A program made the position numbers and the translations under genes. The notes beneath the pieces are model-generated. The model made no database searches and was not told the DNA's origin. It worked only from the letters and a program-made list of their open reading frames with translations. Shown here one piece after another: positions 10,229 to 19,768 of a stretch of DNA of 64,000 nt; within the stretch, counting starts at the first letter, position 1; each line of letters opens with the position of its first letter. This DNA is from an uncultured Candidatus Binatia bacterium (lineage in GTDB: Bacteria > Desulfobacterota > Binatia > Bin18): NCBI GenBank assembly GCA_965200965.1, contig OZ241744.1, positions 1,376,001 to 1,440,000 of the forward strand, read 5' to 3'.

Positions 10229-11101
10229 ATGCAAACATTAAAACTTGGCATTCCGAAGGGTAGTCTGGAGTCCACCACCATTGACCTGTTTCGCAAGGCT
10301 GGCTGGAAAATCACCACAAGTTCTCGGAGCTATTTTCCGAGCATTGATGATCCGACGATCCGCTGCATGCTGGTCCGGGCCCAAGAGATGGCCCAATATG
10401 TGGAATCGGGTGCGCTCGATGTCGGCCTGACCGGCAAAGACTGGATCATGGAGAAGAACGCCGACGTCGAGGTGGTGGAAGACCTGGTCTATTCCAAGGC
10501 CAGCTTTCAGCCGACCCGTTGGGTCATTGCGGTTCCGCACAACTCGCCAGTTACAACCCCCCAAGACCTGCACGGCAAACGGATCGCAACCGAATTGGTC
10601 AGCTACACCAAGCGCTATTTTGCCGAACGGCAGATTGAGGTCACGGTCGAATTTTCGTGGGGGGCGACCGAGGCCAAGGCCGCCGAAGGGATCGTGGATG
10701 CGGTCGTTGAGGTCACCGAATCCGGGTCAACCATCCGCGCCCACGGCCTCACAATTATCCGCGAACTGTTCACCTCCAACCCGCAACTCATTGCCAATCG
10801 CCGGGCTTGGCAAGAGCCGGCCAAAAAGGAGCAGATTGAGCAGATTGCCCTGTTACTGACCGGTGCCCTGGAAGCCGAGGCCAAGGTCGGGCTCAAGATG
10901 AATGTGCCCAAGGAGAGGCTTGACCTCATCGTCAAGATGCTGCCAAGTCTGACTGCCCCAACCGTCTCGCCCCTGTATAAGACCCGGTGGTTTGCGGTAG
11001 AAAGCGTGATTAGCGAGAGCCGGGCCAGGGAATTAATCCCGCAACTGATCAAAAATGGCGCGGTGGGGATTATCGAATATCCCCTGAACAAAATTATTTA
11101 G
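10229..11101 (+). CDS. hisG: ATP phosphoribosyltransferase (long form)
   Basis: KLGIPKGSL, DVGLTGKDW, GATEAK, ESGSTIRA, C-terminal regulatory domain. Confidence 0.95.
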   Translation: MQTLKLGIPKGSLESTTIDLFRKAGWKITTSSRSYFPSIDDPTIRCMLVRAQEMAQYVESGALDVGLTGKDWIMEKNADVEVVEDLVYSKASFQPTRWVIAVPHNSPVTTPQDLHGKRIATELVSYTKRYFAERQIEVTVEFSWGATEAKAAEGIVDAVVEVTESGSTIRAHGLTIIRELFTSNPQLIANRRAWQEPAKKEQIEQIALLLTGALEAEAKVGLKMNVPKERLDLIVKMLPSLTAPTVSPLYKTRWFAVESVISESRARELIPQLIKNGAVGIIEYPLNKII

Positions 11102-11125
11102 CCACCGTCAGCGGGCCTCGTGTCC

Positions 11126-11320
11126 CTATTCTTCTTCGATAGGCTCGGTCAATCGTCTGCCCCGATAGTAATACGCGCCGTCAGTGCCAACATGAGCGCG
11201 ATGCGACAGGTGAACTTCTCCTGTCTGCGTATCCATCCGCAGCGTCGGGTCCGACAAGGCGTGATGGGCCCGTCTTTTGTTGCGTTTGGTGCGAGAGGTT
11301 CTTCGTTTGGGAACTGCCAC
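11126..11320 (-). CDS. rpmF: 50S ribosomal protein L32 (Cys-free form)
   Basis: MAVPKRRTSRTKRNKRRAH...YYRGR. Confidence 0.9.
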   Translation of the reverse strand: MAVPKRRTSRTKRNKRRAHHALSDPTLRMDTQTGEVHLSHRAHVGTDGAYYYRGRRLTEPIEEE

Positions 11321-11344
11321 AGTTCTTCCTTTCCACGACCGGAC

Positions 11345-11824
11345 TTAGGCCGAGGCTTCGCTGGCCTCTGGGGGCTGTTCCTCCATAGTGCTGAGGAATG
11401 CGTTCTTGTCTGCTCCGGTCATGATGAAAATCCCTTCCCAACCACACACCTCTTCGCACAACTGGCAGCCAACACAGGTCTTCTCGTCAACCTCGACGCG
11501 GCCGAGGTACTGGGGACCGTTATTGGGCGAGGGTGCAATACAGTCAAAAGGGCACACGTCAATGCACACGCCGCAGCCGTTACAGTTATCGAGATGGACA
11601 ACCGCGATGGGCCGCTCAACCCGTTTCAGGACAGATGTCACCGTCCCGAAGGTGTCCAAAATAGCGGCGTCGGGACAGATCACGCCGCAGGCCCCACAGT
11701 CAATGCACAGCGAGGGGTCAATGTAATAGGCTTTTTTGGACTCTCCGCTGATGGCTTTGGTTGGACAGCGCTTCTCGCAGGCGCTACACCCGGTGCAGTT
11801 TTCTGCCACAATGGTAAACGGCAT
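11345..11824 (-). CDS. Polyferredoxin with four 4Fe-4S binding motifs
   Basis: CTGCSACEKRCP, CIDCGACGVICP, CNGCGVCIDVCP, CVGCQLCEEVCG. Confidence 0.9.
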   Translation of the reverse strand: MPFTIVAENCTGCSACEKRCPTKAISGESKKAYYIDPSLCIDCGACGVICPDAAILDTFGTVTSVLKRVERPIAVVHLDNCNGCGVCIDVCPFDCIAPSPNNGPQYLGRVEVDEKTCVGCQLCEEVCGWEGIFIMTGADKNAFLSTMEEQPPEASEASA

Positions 11825-11835
11825 ATGGCCACTCC

Positions 11836-12018
11836 CTATTTCTGCATCTCATCGAGAACTTCGTCAGCCCGGCCCTCTTCGATCAACTGATCGTTTTTTC
11901 GACCTTCCCGAAAGGCGAGCCAAGTGAAATATAACACTAGAAACATCAAGCCAACAATAGGGATATTGTCGGGCTTGGTGATGATTTCAACGAACTGGTC
12001 CCATCCCGTCTTTTGCAT
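11836..12018 (-). CDS. Small single-TM membrane protein (60 aa)
   Basis: MQKTGWDQFVEIITKPDNIPIVGLMFLVLYFTWLAFREGRKNDQLIEE...; real 3' part of the long spurious ORF 11836..12762. Confidence 0.65.
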   Translation of the reverse strand: MQKTGWDQFVEIITKPDNIPIVGLMFLVLYFTWLAFREGRKNDQLIEEGRADEVLDEMQK

Positions 12019-12183
12019 AGTGCTTCCAACACTAACGAGCCACCCAAGATTTGTCAACGAAGGGCGGCAACAGGCTCCCGGTCCAGGCCTGGATTCGTGT
12101 GTCCTTCCCCCTCCCCTTGCGGTGAACCGGGTTTTCGGTATACATGGGGGTGACTCTGCACAGGAGAAAAGGAAAGAGTATCC

Positions 12184-12966
12184 ATGCTGGGATGGCTGCC
12201 TGAAGATGTCTCGCCGTATGGAGCGGGTATCGATTCGCTCTTCTATTTTATCTATTACCTGACCGCGGCGGCTTTCATTCTCGTCACCGTCCTGATGCTC
12301 ATCTTTCTGTTCGTGTACCGAGACCGGGGCGGCCGGCGCGCCGCCTACACCCACGGCAACACCTCGCTGGAGATCATCTGGACGGTCATTCCGGCCATGG
12401 TCTTCATCGGCCTTGGGCTGTGGAGCAAGTCGCTGTGGGAAGACATCAAACTCCTGCCGCCCGATACCGATACGGTGGTGAAGGTGACTGGCAAGCAGTT
12501 CAACTGGGAAATTCTGTACCCCGGCCCGGACGGCGAGTTTGGCACCGCCGATGACAAACAGGTCGACAACGACATTCGGGTCCCGGCCGGCAAGCCTGTC
12601 CGCGTCATTCTGGCTTCCAAAGACGTTATTCACAGTTTTTTTCTGCCCAACCTCCGCTTCAAGCAGGATACCGTCCCGGGTCGAGACATCATCGGCTGGT
12701 TCCAGGCCAATAAGCCGGGCAAATATGAAATTCCGTGCGCTGAACTGTGCGGCTTTGGCCACTCAGGCATGAAGGGATGGCTGTACGCCCTGGCACCGGA
12801 TGAATATCAGGCCTGGGTAGACGAGCAGTGGCCACCGCCGGCCGCTTCCAATGGAACAACAGTTTCATACTCAGCCGCCGGTATGACGGAAACGGCTCAG
12901 ACCACAGCCCAAGAGACGGCGGTCAATTTACCGATAGCCACCGAGACTACACCAATAGGAGAGTGA
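12184..12966 (+). CDS. coxB: Cytochrome c oxidase subunit II
   Basis: LEIIWTVIP, DVIHSF, CuA motif CAELCGFGHSGM. Confidence 0.95.
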   Translation: MLGWLPEDVSPYGAGIDSLFYFIYYLTAAAFILVTVLMLIFLFVYRDRGGRRAAYTHGNTSLEIIWTVIPAMVFIGLGLWSKSLWEDIKLLPPDTDTVVKVTGKQFNWEILYPGPDGEFGTADDKQVDNDIRVPAGKPVRVILASKDVIHSFFLPNLRFKQDTVPGRDIIGWFQANKPGKYEIPCAELCGFGHSGMKGWLYALAPDEYQAWVDEQWPPPAASNGTTVSYSAAGMTETAQTTAQETAVNLPIATETTPIGE

Positions 12967-12968
12967 CA

Positions 12969-14828
12969 ATGAGCGATGCAGGAGCGGTGGAAGCCCATGA
13001 TGCCCACGCTCACGGTGCCCACCACGAGCTGGGGTTTATCCGCACCTATATTTTTTCCACCGATCATAAGATGATCGGACGCCAGTTCTTGTTCTCAAGC
13101 GTTTTTATGCTCATCATCGGCGGCCTGTTGGCCATGATGATGCGCTGGGAGTTGGCTTGGCCGGAGACCGCGGTACCGTTGACGAGTTGGATTTCCGAGC
13201 CGTTCATGTATCCGACCGACGACGAGACCGCCGCGGGCGCGGTGGATGCGCTGAGCGAGTTTGTCGATCCCTACCCGGGTGCCAGCTTTGCCAAATCGCT
13301 CGGGCCAACCGCGGGGGCCCATATGGACCCGGCCTTCTACAACGCGCTGTTTACCATGCATGCCACGATCATGATTTTCTTCGTGGTCATGCCGTTCATG
13401 GTCGGCGGCTTTGGCAATTTCCTGATCCCGCTGATGATCGGGGCCGGCGATATGGCCTTCCCGGTCCTCAATATGCTGTCGTTCTGGACTGCCGTTCCCG
13501 CCATTGTCCTCATTCTGTGGAGCTTCTTTGTCGAAGGCGGGGCCGCCTCCGGTGGCTGGACCATGTATGCTACCCTGTCGGCCGATCCGACCCTCAGCGG
13601 CGTTGACCAGGGCGTCAACCTGTGGATTATCAGCCTGCTCATCCTGGGTTTTTCGTCTTTGATGGGCTCGATCAACTATATTACGACGGTTATCAATATG
13701 CGGGCTCCTGGCATGACTTGGTTTCGCCTGCCCCTCGTGATCTGGTCTCTGTTCGTGACCGCCATCCTACTGCTGCTGGCCCTGCCGGTCCTGACCGCGG
13801 CCTTGGGCATGTTGCTGTTTGACCGCACAATGGGGACCAGCTTTTTCCTGCCCTCGGGCGGGGGGGAGCCGCTGCTGTGGCAACATCTGTTCTGGTTCTT
13901 CGGCCACCCGGAAGTGTACATCCTGGTGTTGCCGGCAATGGGCGTGACCTCAGATATTCTCTCGACCTTTGCCCGTAAACCCATCTTTGGTTATCACGCA
14001 ATGGCCTTCTCGATGATCGCTCTGGCCTTCTTGTCCTGGATTGTGTGGGGCCATCACATGTTTTTGAGCGGCATGAATCCGGTGCTGGGAACCGCGTTTA
14101 TGCTGACCACAATGGTCATTGCGATTCCGTCCGCCATTAAGACCTTCAACTGGCTCGGCACTCTGTGGGGGGGGACGATCCGTTTTACCAGCCCGATGCT
14201 GTTTGCCCTCGGCTTTGTGTCCAATTTTGTTATTGGCGGGCTGAGCGGCATCTACATGGCAGTCACGCCGGTGGATATTTTTATTCACGACACCTATTTC
14301 ATTGTCGCCCATTTCCACTATGTGGTGGCCGGCATCATCTTCGGCATGTTTGCCGCCCTGTACTACTGGTTCCCCAAGCTGTTCGGTCGGATGATGAATG
14401 AACCACTGGGCAAGCTGCACTTTGCTCTGACCTACCTCTTTTTTAACGGCGCTTTCTTTCCCATGCATTTCCTGGGGGTGGCCGGCCATATGCGGCGGAT
14501 TTATAACCCGCTGCAGTACGAGTTTCTGGTCGACATGCAGTGGTGGAATGTGTTCATTACCATGAGTGCCTTCTGCCTCGGCGCGGTGCAGTTGATTTTT
14601 CTGTTTAACTTCGTGTGGAGCTTGTTTGCCGGGAAAAAGGCCGAACGGAATCCCTGGCAGGCCAACACGCTGGAATGGACCGCAGCGTCGCCGCCACCCC
14701 ACGGCAACTTCGAAACTGCCCCAAGCGTCCATCGCGGTCCCTACGAGTATAGTTCACCGCTGGTCCAGGAAGACTGGCTCCCACAGGATAGACGGCTCGG
14801 ACCCGAGGCCGCCGCCGCAACCCACTGA
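12969..14828 (+). CDS. coxA: Cytochrome c oxidase subunit I (A1 type)
   Basis: STDHKMIG, WFFGHPEVYI, VWGHHM, VAHFHYV; start at ATG 12969. Confidence 0.95.
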   Translation: MSDAGAVEAHDAHAHGAHHELGFIRTYIFSTDHKMIGRQFLFSSVFMLIIGGLLAMMMRWELAWPETAVPLTSWISEPFMYPTDDETAAGAVDALSEFVDPYPGASFAKSLGPTAGAHMDPAFYNALFTMHATIMIFFVVMPFMVGGFGNFLIPLMIGAGDMAFPVLNMLSFWTAVPAIVLILWSFFVEGGAASGGWTMYATLSADPTLSGVDQGVNLWIISLLILGFSSLMGSINYITTVINMRAPGMTWFRLPLVIWSLFVTAILLLLALPVLTAALGMLLFDRTMGTSFFLPSGGGEPLLWQHLFWFFGHPEVYILVLPAMGVTSDILSTFARKPIFGYHAMAFSMIALAFLSWIVWGHHMFLSGMNPVLGTAFMLTTMVIAIPSAIKTFNWLGTLWGGTIRFTSPMLFALGFVSNFVIGGLSGIYMAVTPVDIFIHDTYFIVAHFHYVVAGIIFGMFAALYYWFPKLFGRMMNEPLGKLHFALTYLFFNGAFFPMHFLGVAGHMRRIYNPLQYEFLVDMQWWNVFITMSAFCLGAVQLIFLFNFVWSLFAGKKAERNPWQANTLEWTAASPPPHGNFETAPSVHRGPYEYSSPLVQEDWLPQDRRLGPEAAAATH

Positions 14829-14846
14829 ACCGAGACACGAGGTGTA

Positions 14847-14872
14847 ATCCGGCTGTTCATCAGCAGCCGGAT
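14847..14872 (+). terminator. Intergenic stem-loop between coxA and the heme A synthase gene
   Basis: ATCCGGCTG...CAGCCGGAT inverted repeat without a U-tract; stability or attenuation element. Confidence 0.4.
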
Positions 14873-14886
14873 AGCCTGATACGAGC

Positions 14887-15831
14887 ATGGCACACGGCCT
14901 CCCTTCCTCAGCACGGTCGTTCTCAGTATCACCCTGGCCGTACCGGCTTGCCCTGCTGACCACCGTTTGTACCCTGCCCCTGCTGTTTGTGGGGGGTCTT
15001 GTCACCAGCCTGGGAGTCGGGCTGGCCGTGCCGGACTGGCCGACGACTTTTGGCTACAACATGTTTCTCTACCCCTGGTCACAGATGGTCGGTGGTATCT
15101 TCTACGAACATAGTCATCGGCTGCTCGGCTCGGTCGTTGGCCTGTTGACCAGCCTGCTCACGGTCACCCTGTGGACCCTGGAGCGGCGGCCGTGGATGCG
15201 CTGGCTGGGTCTGATCGCACTGCTAGCTGTGATCGTCCAAGGCGTGCTGGGAGGTCTGCGGGTTGTGCTGGTAGAAAACCTGCTGGCCCTTATTCACGGC
15301 GGTTTCGCCCAGGCGTTTTTTGCCTTCCTGGCCGCCCTGACCCTGCTGGCCTCAGCCGAATGGCAAAACCGGCAGCCACCCAAAGTGGTCTCAGACGCCG
15401 CGTCTGTCCAACGCCTGAGTGTCATAACCACAGCCGCGCTTTATATCCAGATCATTTTGGGCGCGGTCGTGCGACACACCGGCAGTGGGGCGGAAGTCCA
15501 TATCCTTGGCGGTGTGCTTGTGGCAGGGGTCATTTTCTGGCTTGTCGATTGGGTTGTCGAGTCCTACGCCGGGCATATCGCTATCACTCGGTCTGCCCTG
15601 TTGCTGCGGCGTTTGCTGCTCTTCCAGCTCGGGCTAGGCACGTTCGCCTATGTCGGCAAATACACCCTCAGCGGAGCATCTTTCAGCCCCTACATCGTTC
15701 TGCTGGCCACCGCTCATGTTGTCATTGGCGCACTCATGCTGGCCACCAGCGTCCGCCTCACGCTGCGCTCCTGCCGTGACGGTATGGCCTTTTCTACACG
15801 CCCGACACGCACCCCGGAACATTCGGTATGA
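14887..15831 (+). CDS. ctaA: Heme A synthase (COX15/CtaA family)
   Basis: GLAVPDWP, FYEHSHRLLG, QGVLGGLRV, conserved His residues; cox operon context. Confidence 0.85.
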   Translation: MAHGLPSSARSFSVSPWPYRLALLTTVCTLPLLFVGGLVTSLGVGLAVPDWPTTFGYNMFLYPWSQMVGGIFYEHSHRLLGSVVGLLTSLLTVTLWTLERRPWMRWLGLIALLAVIVQGVLGGLRVVLVENLLALIHGGFAQAFFAFLAALTLLASAEWQNRQPPKVVSDAASVQRLSVITTAALYIQIILGAVVRHTGSGAEVHILGGVLVAGVIFWLVDWVVESYAGHIAITRSALLLRRLLLFQLGLGTFAYVGKYTLSGASFSPYIVLLATAHVVIGALMLATSVRLTLRSCRDGMAFSTRPTRTPEHSV

Positions 15832-16745
15832 TACTCCGCACCCACGCGCAGACCCTGGACCGCACAGACCGTCCTGATCGGGTTTGGTACCGCGGCTTGG
15901 CCTTTTTTGAGTTGACCAAACCCCGGATCGTGAGTCTTGTCCTAATCACGACCTGTGTCGGGTTTTATCTGGCATCGTTAGGTGTCGCCGATTACCGCTT
16001 GCTGCTGCACACCCTGCTGGGGACGGCCCTGGCCGCCGCCGGTACCCTGGCCCTCAACCAGCTGCTCGAACGCGAAGCCGACGCAAAAATGCGGCGCACC
16101 AAGCTGCGGCCTTTACCGGACGGGCGTGTACACCCTGTTGAGGCATTTGTGTTTGGGGCGCTGATCACCACCGCCGGACTCGTCTATCTGGCCTGGACCG
16201 TCAACCTTGCCAGTACCGCGGTCACCACGACTATTGTGATCAGTTACCTGGGATTCTACACCCCGCTCAAGAAAACCACATCCCTGTGTACCTTGATCGG
16301 TGCCGTCCCCGGTGCCTTACCCCCGGTTATCGGCTGGGCGGCCGTCCGTGGCTCGATCGGTCTGGAGGCCTGGATATTGTTTGCCATCATGTTTCTGTGG
16401 CAGATGCCCCATTCGCTGGCCATAGCCTGGCTGTACCGTGACGACTACGCCCGCGCCGGATTTCAGCTCCTCCCGGTGATCAACCCTGACGGCAAAAGCA
16501 CCGGCCGGCAGGTCACTAGCCACTGTTTAGCCCTGTTAGCTGTCGGCCTCCTGCCAACCCTGATCGGCTTGGCCGGACCGATCTATTTCTGTGTGGCGTT
16601 TGGGCTGGGCACTATGTTCCTGTGGTATAGTGTGCGTCTGGCCCTTGTCCGCTCGCTGGCGTCGGCCCGGCATCTGTTGTTTGCCTCGTTGATTTATCTG
16701 CCGGTGCTGTTGGTCGTAATGGCCTTTGATAAAGTCCCGCTGTAA
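15828..16745 (+). CDS. ctaB: Protoheme IX farnesyltransferase
   Basis: LTKPR, NQLLEREADAKMRRTKLRPLP, GAVPGALPP, WQMPH. Confidence 0.95.
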   Translation: MILRTHAQTLDRTDRPDRVWYRGLAFFELTKPRIVSLVLITTCVGFYLASLGVADYRLLLHTLLGTALAAAGTLALNQLLEREADAKMRRTKLRPLPDGRVHPVEAFVFGALITTAGLVYLAWTVNLASTAVTTTIVISYLGFYTPLKKTTSLCTLIGAVPGALPPVIGWAAVRGSIGLEAWILFAIMFLWQMPHSLAIAWLYRDDYARAGFQLLPVINPDGKSTGRQVTSHCLALLAVGLLPTLIGLAGPIYFCVAFGLGTMFLWYSVRLALVRSLASARHLLFASLIYLPVLLVVMAFDKVPL

Positions 16746-16911
16746 TCCCGTTGAAGAGCCAGGGATGAAAACGCCGAGTCGAGAAGACCATCACACAGTC
16801 AACCGCATCATCGGTCGTGGCTTGGCCATTTTTATTGCGCTGTATATTGCAGCTACCGTGTGTTTTATTATCCTCGTCTAAGTTCATGGGAAAGATTCCG
16901 AGGAGTGCCTC

Positions 16912-17559
16912 ATGCCAAGCGCAACTGCCGCCGTTCCTCAGATAGCCGAACAGCCCCAGGCTCGCCCGGCTCCAGGTTTTGGCGGCGGGCCGCCACCGGG
17001 CGTATCAGACCCGCCGATCAGTAATGCCCGGCTGGGCATGCTCATGCTCATCAGCGCCGAAACCATGTTCTTTGTGGGCTTGATTGGCGCGTATGTGGTC
17101 TTTCGGGTCGGCAGTTCGGCTTGGCCGTCCGGCCATTTATACCTGCCGGTCGGTGTGACCTGGGTGAATACCCTGGTCTTATTCGTCAGCTGCTACACCA
17201 TGTATCGGGCCATAGCCGCCCTACGGCTTGACCACCAGCAAAGTTCAGGCAACTGGTTGGCCGTGACCTCGCTGTTAGGCACCCTCTTTTTAGGCGTCCA
17301 GGGCTATGAATGGACCCAACTGGTTCGGGACGGCCTGACGATTTCAACCGGCATCTACGGCGCAACATTCTACACCCTGATCGGCTGCCACGGCCTCCAC
17401 GTTTTGGCCGCCGTAGTCTGGTTGCTGATCGTCCTTCTCCTGACCAAGCGGGGTGCTTTTTCTGCCCGTCAGCCGATTGTCGTTGAGGTGTGCGGCATGT
17501 ACTGGTACTACGTTGGAGCCTTATGGGCCCTGTTATTTCCCCTGGTCTATTTGAACTGA
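16912..17559 (+). CDS. Cytochrome c oxidase subunit III (copy A)
   Basis: LGMLMLISAETMFF, QGYEW, GCHGLHV, YWYYV. Confidence 0.9.
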   Translation: MPSATAAVPQIAEQPQARPAPGFGGGPPPGVSDPPISNARLGMLMLISAETMFFVGLIGAYVVFRVGSSAWPSGHLYLPVGVTWVNTLVLFVSCYTMYRAIAALRLDHQQSSGNWLAVTSLLGTLFLGVQGYEWTQLVRDGLTISTGIYGATFYTLIGCHGLHVLAAVVWLLIVLLLTKRGAFSARQPIVVEVCGMYWYYVGALWALLFPLVYLN

Positions 17560-17578
17560 TCACCTTGCGGAGCATTCA

Positions 17579-17905
17579 ATGTCGCCCAAGACCGTCGTGC
17601 TGATACGCCGAAGAAGCCTTGCCAGCCTAGGGCTAGCTTGGGGGCTGACCGGGCTGTTTCCGGTCCGATCCCTGGCCCAGGGCTGTGCCATGTGCAAGAC
17701 AGCCCTGTCCGGCTCTGAGGACCCCTTAGCGGTCGGCATTTTTTGGAGCGTCATGCTGATGATGGTCATGCCGTTTGTTCTCTTTGCCTCGGTCGGCGGA
17801 TGGATCTTTTACACCTATCGGAACGCCAGCCGTTCCTCACATCCGCCGGCAGAAGTGTTCCCTTTTGAGACCAGCCCGACAAAAAAGAAGGAGGATATGC
17901 CTTGA
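17579..17905 (+). CDS. Small exported/membrane protein with CxxC (CAMC) motif in cox operon
   Basis: Signal-like N-terminus, AQGCAMCKTAL, one TM helix; overlaps the next gene by 4 nt. Confidence 0.65.
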   Translation: MSPKTVVLIRRRSLASLGLAWGLTGLFPVRSLAQGCAMCKTALSGSEDPLAVGIFWSVMLMMVMPFVLFASVGGWIFYTYRNASRSSHPPAEVFPFETSPTKKKEDMP

Positions 17906-18522
17906 GCGAAGCGGTTATTGAAACACACGGGGCTGTTGAACCAGCCGAATCGCCACTGACCCCGGAAAGCTGGGGCAAACTTGGCATGTGGGTTTTTCTG
18001 GCCGGTGACGCCATGTCGTTCGGCGGGCTGCTGGCCGGCTACGGTGCCTTGCGTGCCAGCAGCCCGGACTGGCCCGACCCGCTTACCACGCTGGGTATTG
18101 AGTTGACCGCGGGGATGACCTTCCTCCTCATCTGTAGCAGCGTCACTATGGTCAAGGCGCTGTCCGCGGCCCGGCATAATGACCTAGCCGGCTTTAAAAA
18201 ATTCATGTTGCTGACCATCATTGGCGGGACCATCTTTCTCCTGCTCCAGGCCTATGAATGGACCCATCTGACCCACGAAGGCATGACCATGAGCCGCAAT
18301 CCCTGGGGAGCGGCGCTGTTCGGCACAACCTTCTACATCCTGACCGGCTTTCACGGCTGCCATGTGTTTGGCGGTGTGGTCTATCTGACGTGTATTCTGC
18401 TCAGCGGTCTCAAGGGTAGATACACCGGCGAAGATGCCAACCATGTCGAGATCGTCGGCCTGTACTGGCACTTTGTTGACCTGGTCTGGATTCTGGTCTT
18501 CACCTTCGTCTACTTGCTATAG
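17902..18522 (+). CDS. Cytochrome c oxidase subunit III (copy B)
   Basis: KLGMWVFLAGD, TGFHGCHV, GLYWHFVDLVWILVF. Confidence 0.9.
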   Translation: MSEAVIETHGAVEPAESPLTPESWGKLGMWVFLAGDAMSFGGLLAGYGALRASSPDWPDPLTTLGIELTAGMTFLLICSSVTMVKALSAARHNDLAGFKKFMLLTIIGGTIFLLLQAYEWTHLTHEGMTMSRNPWGAALFGTTFYILTGFHGCHVFGGVVYLTCILLSGLKGRYTGEDANHVEIVGLYWHFVDLVWILVFTFVYLL

Positions 18523-18534
18523 GGAGAGCGTCCT

Positions 18535-18864
18535 ATGGAGAACGCCCATTACGAGCCTAACTACATGAATATCTTTTGGGCCTTGACCATTCTGACGATC
18601 GTTGAGGTCTTAGTCCCGGTCCTCGGTGTGTTCAGCCGGTCAATAAACGGCACCATTCTGGTTCTACTAGCGGTGGTCAAGGCCACCCTGGTTGCCCTGT
18701 ATTTCATGCACCTCAGGTTCGAGCGCACGACGCTGGGTGCCATCGCCCTCACGCCCATGATTATCTGTGTCTTTCTGATTTTCATGCTGCTGCCAGACCT
18801 GACCTCAGACGACAGGACCTACACCCCGCCAGAAACCCCGGCGGTCAGCGCCGCCGAACACTAG
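18535..18864 (+). CDS. Cytochrome c oxidase subunit IV
   Basis: LTILTIVEV...KATLVALYFMHLRFE. Confidence 0.85.
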   Translation: MENAHYEPNYMNIFWALTILTIVEVLVPVLGVFSRSINGTILVLLAVVKATLVALYFMHLRFERTTLGAIALTPMIICVFLIFMLLPDLTSDDRTYTPPETPAVSAAEH

Positions 18865-19219
18865 CCGGTTTGCCGGTCGTCAAGATGTAGGCCAGACTGA
18901 GCCACAGGCTGCGCGAATACCGAAAGAACCACAGAGGAAACACCCCGGCAAATGTCACCCACACCACCAACTGCTCGGTGAGGGTCATGCTGGTGCAGGC
19001 GTCAAGGACGAAAAAGCCGGCTATGCCCAGCACGGCCGTGGCACCATAGTTGATATAAATCGCCCCGACAAAATAGCCCTGCTCCTGTTCAAACGCGTAG
19101 CCACACTGTGAGCACCGGTCGCGCATGGTGAAAAAGCCAGTAAACAGCCGCCCATCTCCACACCGGGGACAGCGCAGGCGCACGCCCCTCAGCAGCATGT
19201 GTCCAATCCGAGCCATCAT
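18845..19219 (-). CDS. DUF983-like membrane protein with Zn-ribbon
   Basis: LRCPRCGDGRLF...CSQCG followed by two TM helices. Confidence 0.75.
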   Translation of the reverse strand: MMARIGHMLLRGVRLRCPRCGDGRLFTGFFTMRDRCSQCGYAFEQEQGYFVGAIYINYGATAVLGIAGFFVLDACTSMTLTEQLVVWVTFAGVFPLWFFRYSRSLWLSLAYILTTGKPASVRRR

Positions 19220-19241
19220 TCTCCTCCGCTACGTCTTTTCC

Positions 19242-19437
19242 CCTTGACCGTACATGCTGGGGACCTGTGATCCTTGGCTACCGAGACAGGAAAGCGCTTC
19301 GCCTTGTCGGAGACTTCCAGAGCTTTGAGCAGCAAGCCGCCAAGCGACTCGCGATCCTGAACGCGGCCCCATCTCCATACAACATCCGCAGCCCTGCCAA
19401 GCAACCGTCTTGAAGCCCTCAGCGGAGGTCGCCAAGG
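19242..19437 (-). ncRNA. Candidate ~195-nt rod-like structured RNA (6S-like architecture)
   Basis: Nested inverted repeats across the whole intergenic region; G-U pairs mostly favour the minus strand; no family motif recognised. Confidence 0.35.
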
Positions 19438-19575
19438 ACAGTCTTCCATCTCAGGGCGAAGAACAGCCGACTTTGGAATAGAACGCGACAAGAACGGACG
19501 AGCGCCGTATCCTCGGCCGGCCAACCGCATTGCTGCCTAGCGTCTCCTGTGATAGGCTCAGTTTTCTCCCGCAAC

Positions 19576-19647
19576 GCCCTCGTGGTGAAATGGATATCAC
19601 ACAGGTCTCCGGAACCTGGGGTCTGGGTTCGATTCCCGGCGAGGGTA
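19576..19647 (+). tRNA. tRNA-Arg (anticodon CCG), CCA not encoded
   Basis: Acceptor GCCCTCG/CGAGGGT, anticodon arm CAGGT-CTCCGGA-ACCTG, T-loop GGTTCGATTCC. Confidence 0.9.
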
Positions 19648-19768
19648 TGTTCACTGCACCGGAGGGCCGCTCTCTACAGATCGCCACAATCGTTGCCGCG
19701 GACGGCCACATCCTTAGAACCGTCCGCTCTGTGGAAAAAGAATCTCTCCACCTCACAAAGGAGGACTT

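Noticed and set aside
11836-12762. 308-aa minus-strand ORF
   Set aside because: Mostly antisense to coxB; only the last 60 codons look like a real gene.
19576-19647. tRNA as an integration site for a prophage or island
   Set aside because: No integrase nearby and no duplicated tRNA 3' end noticed in the window.
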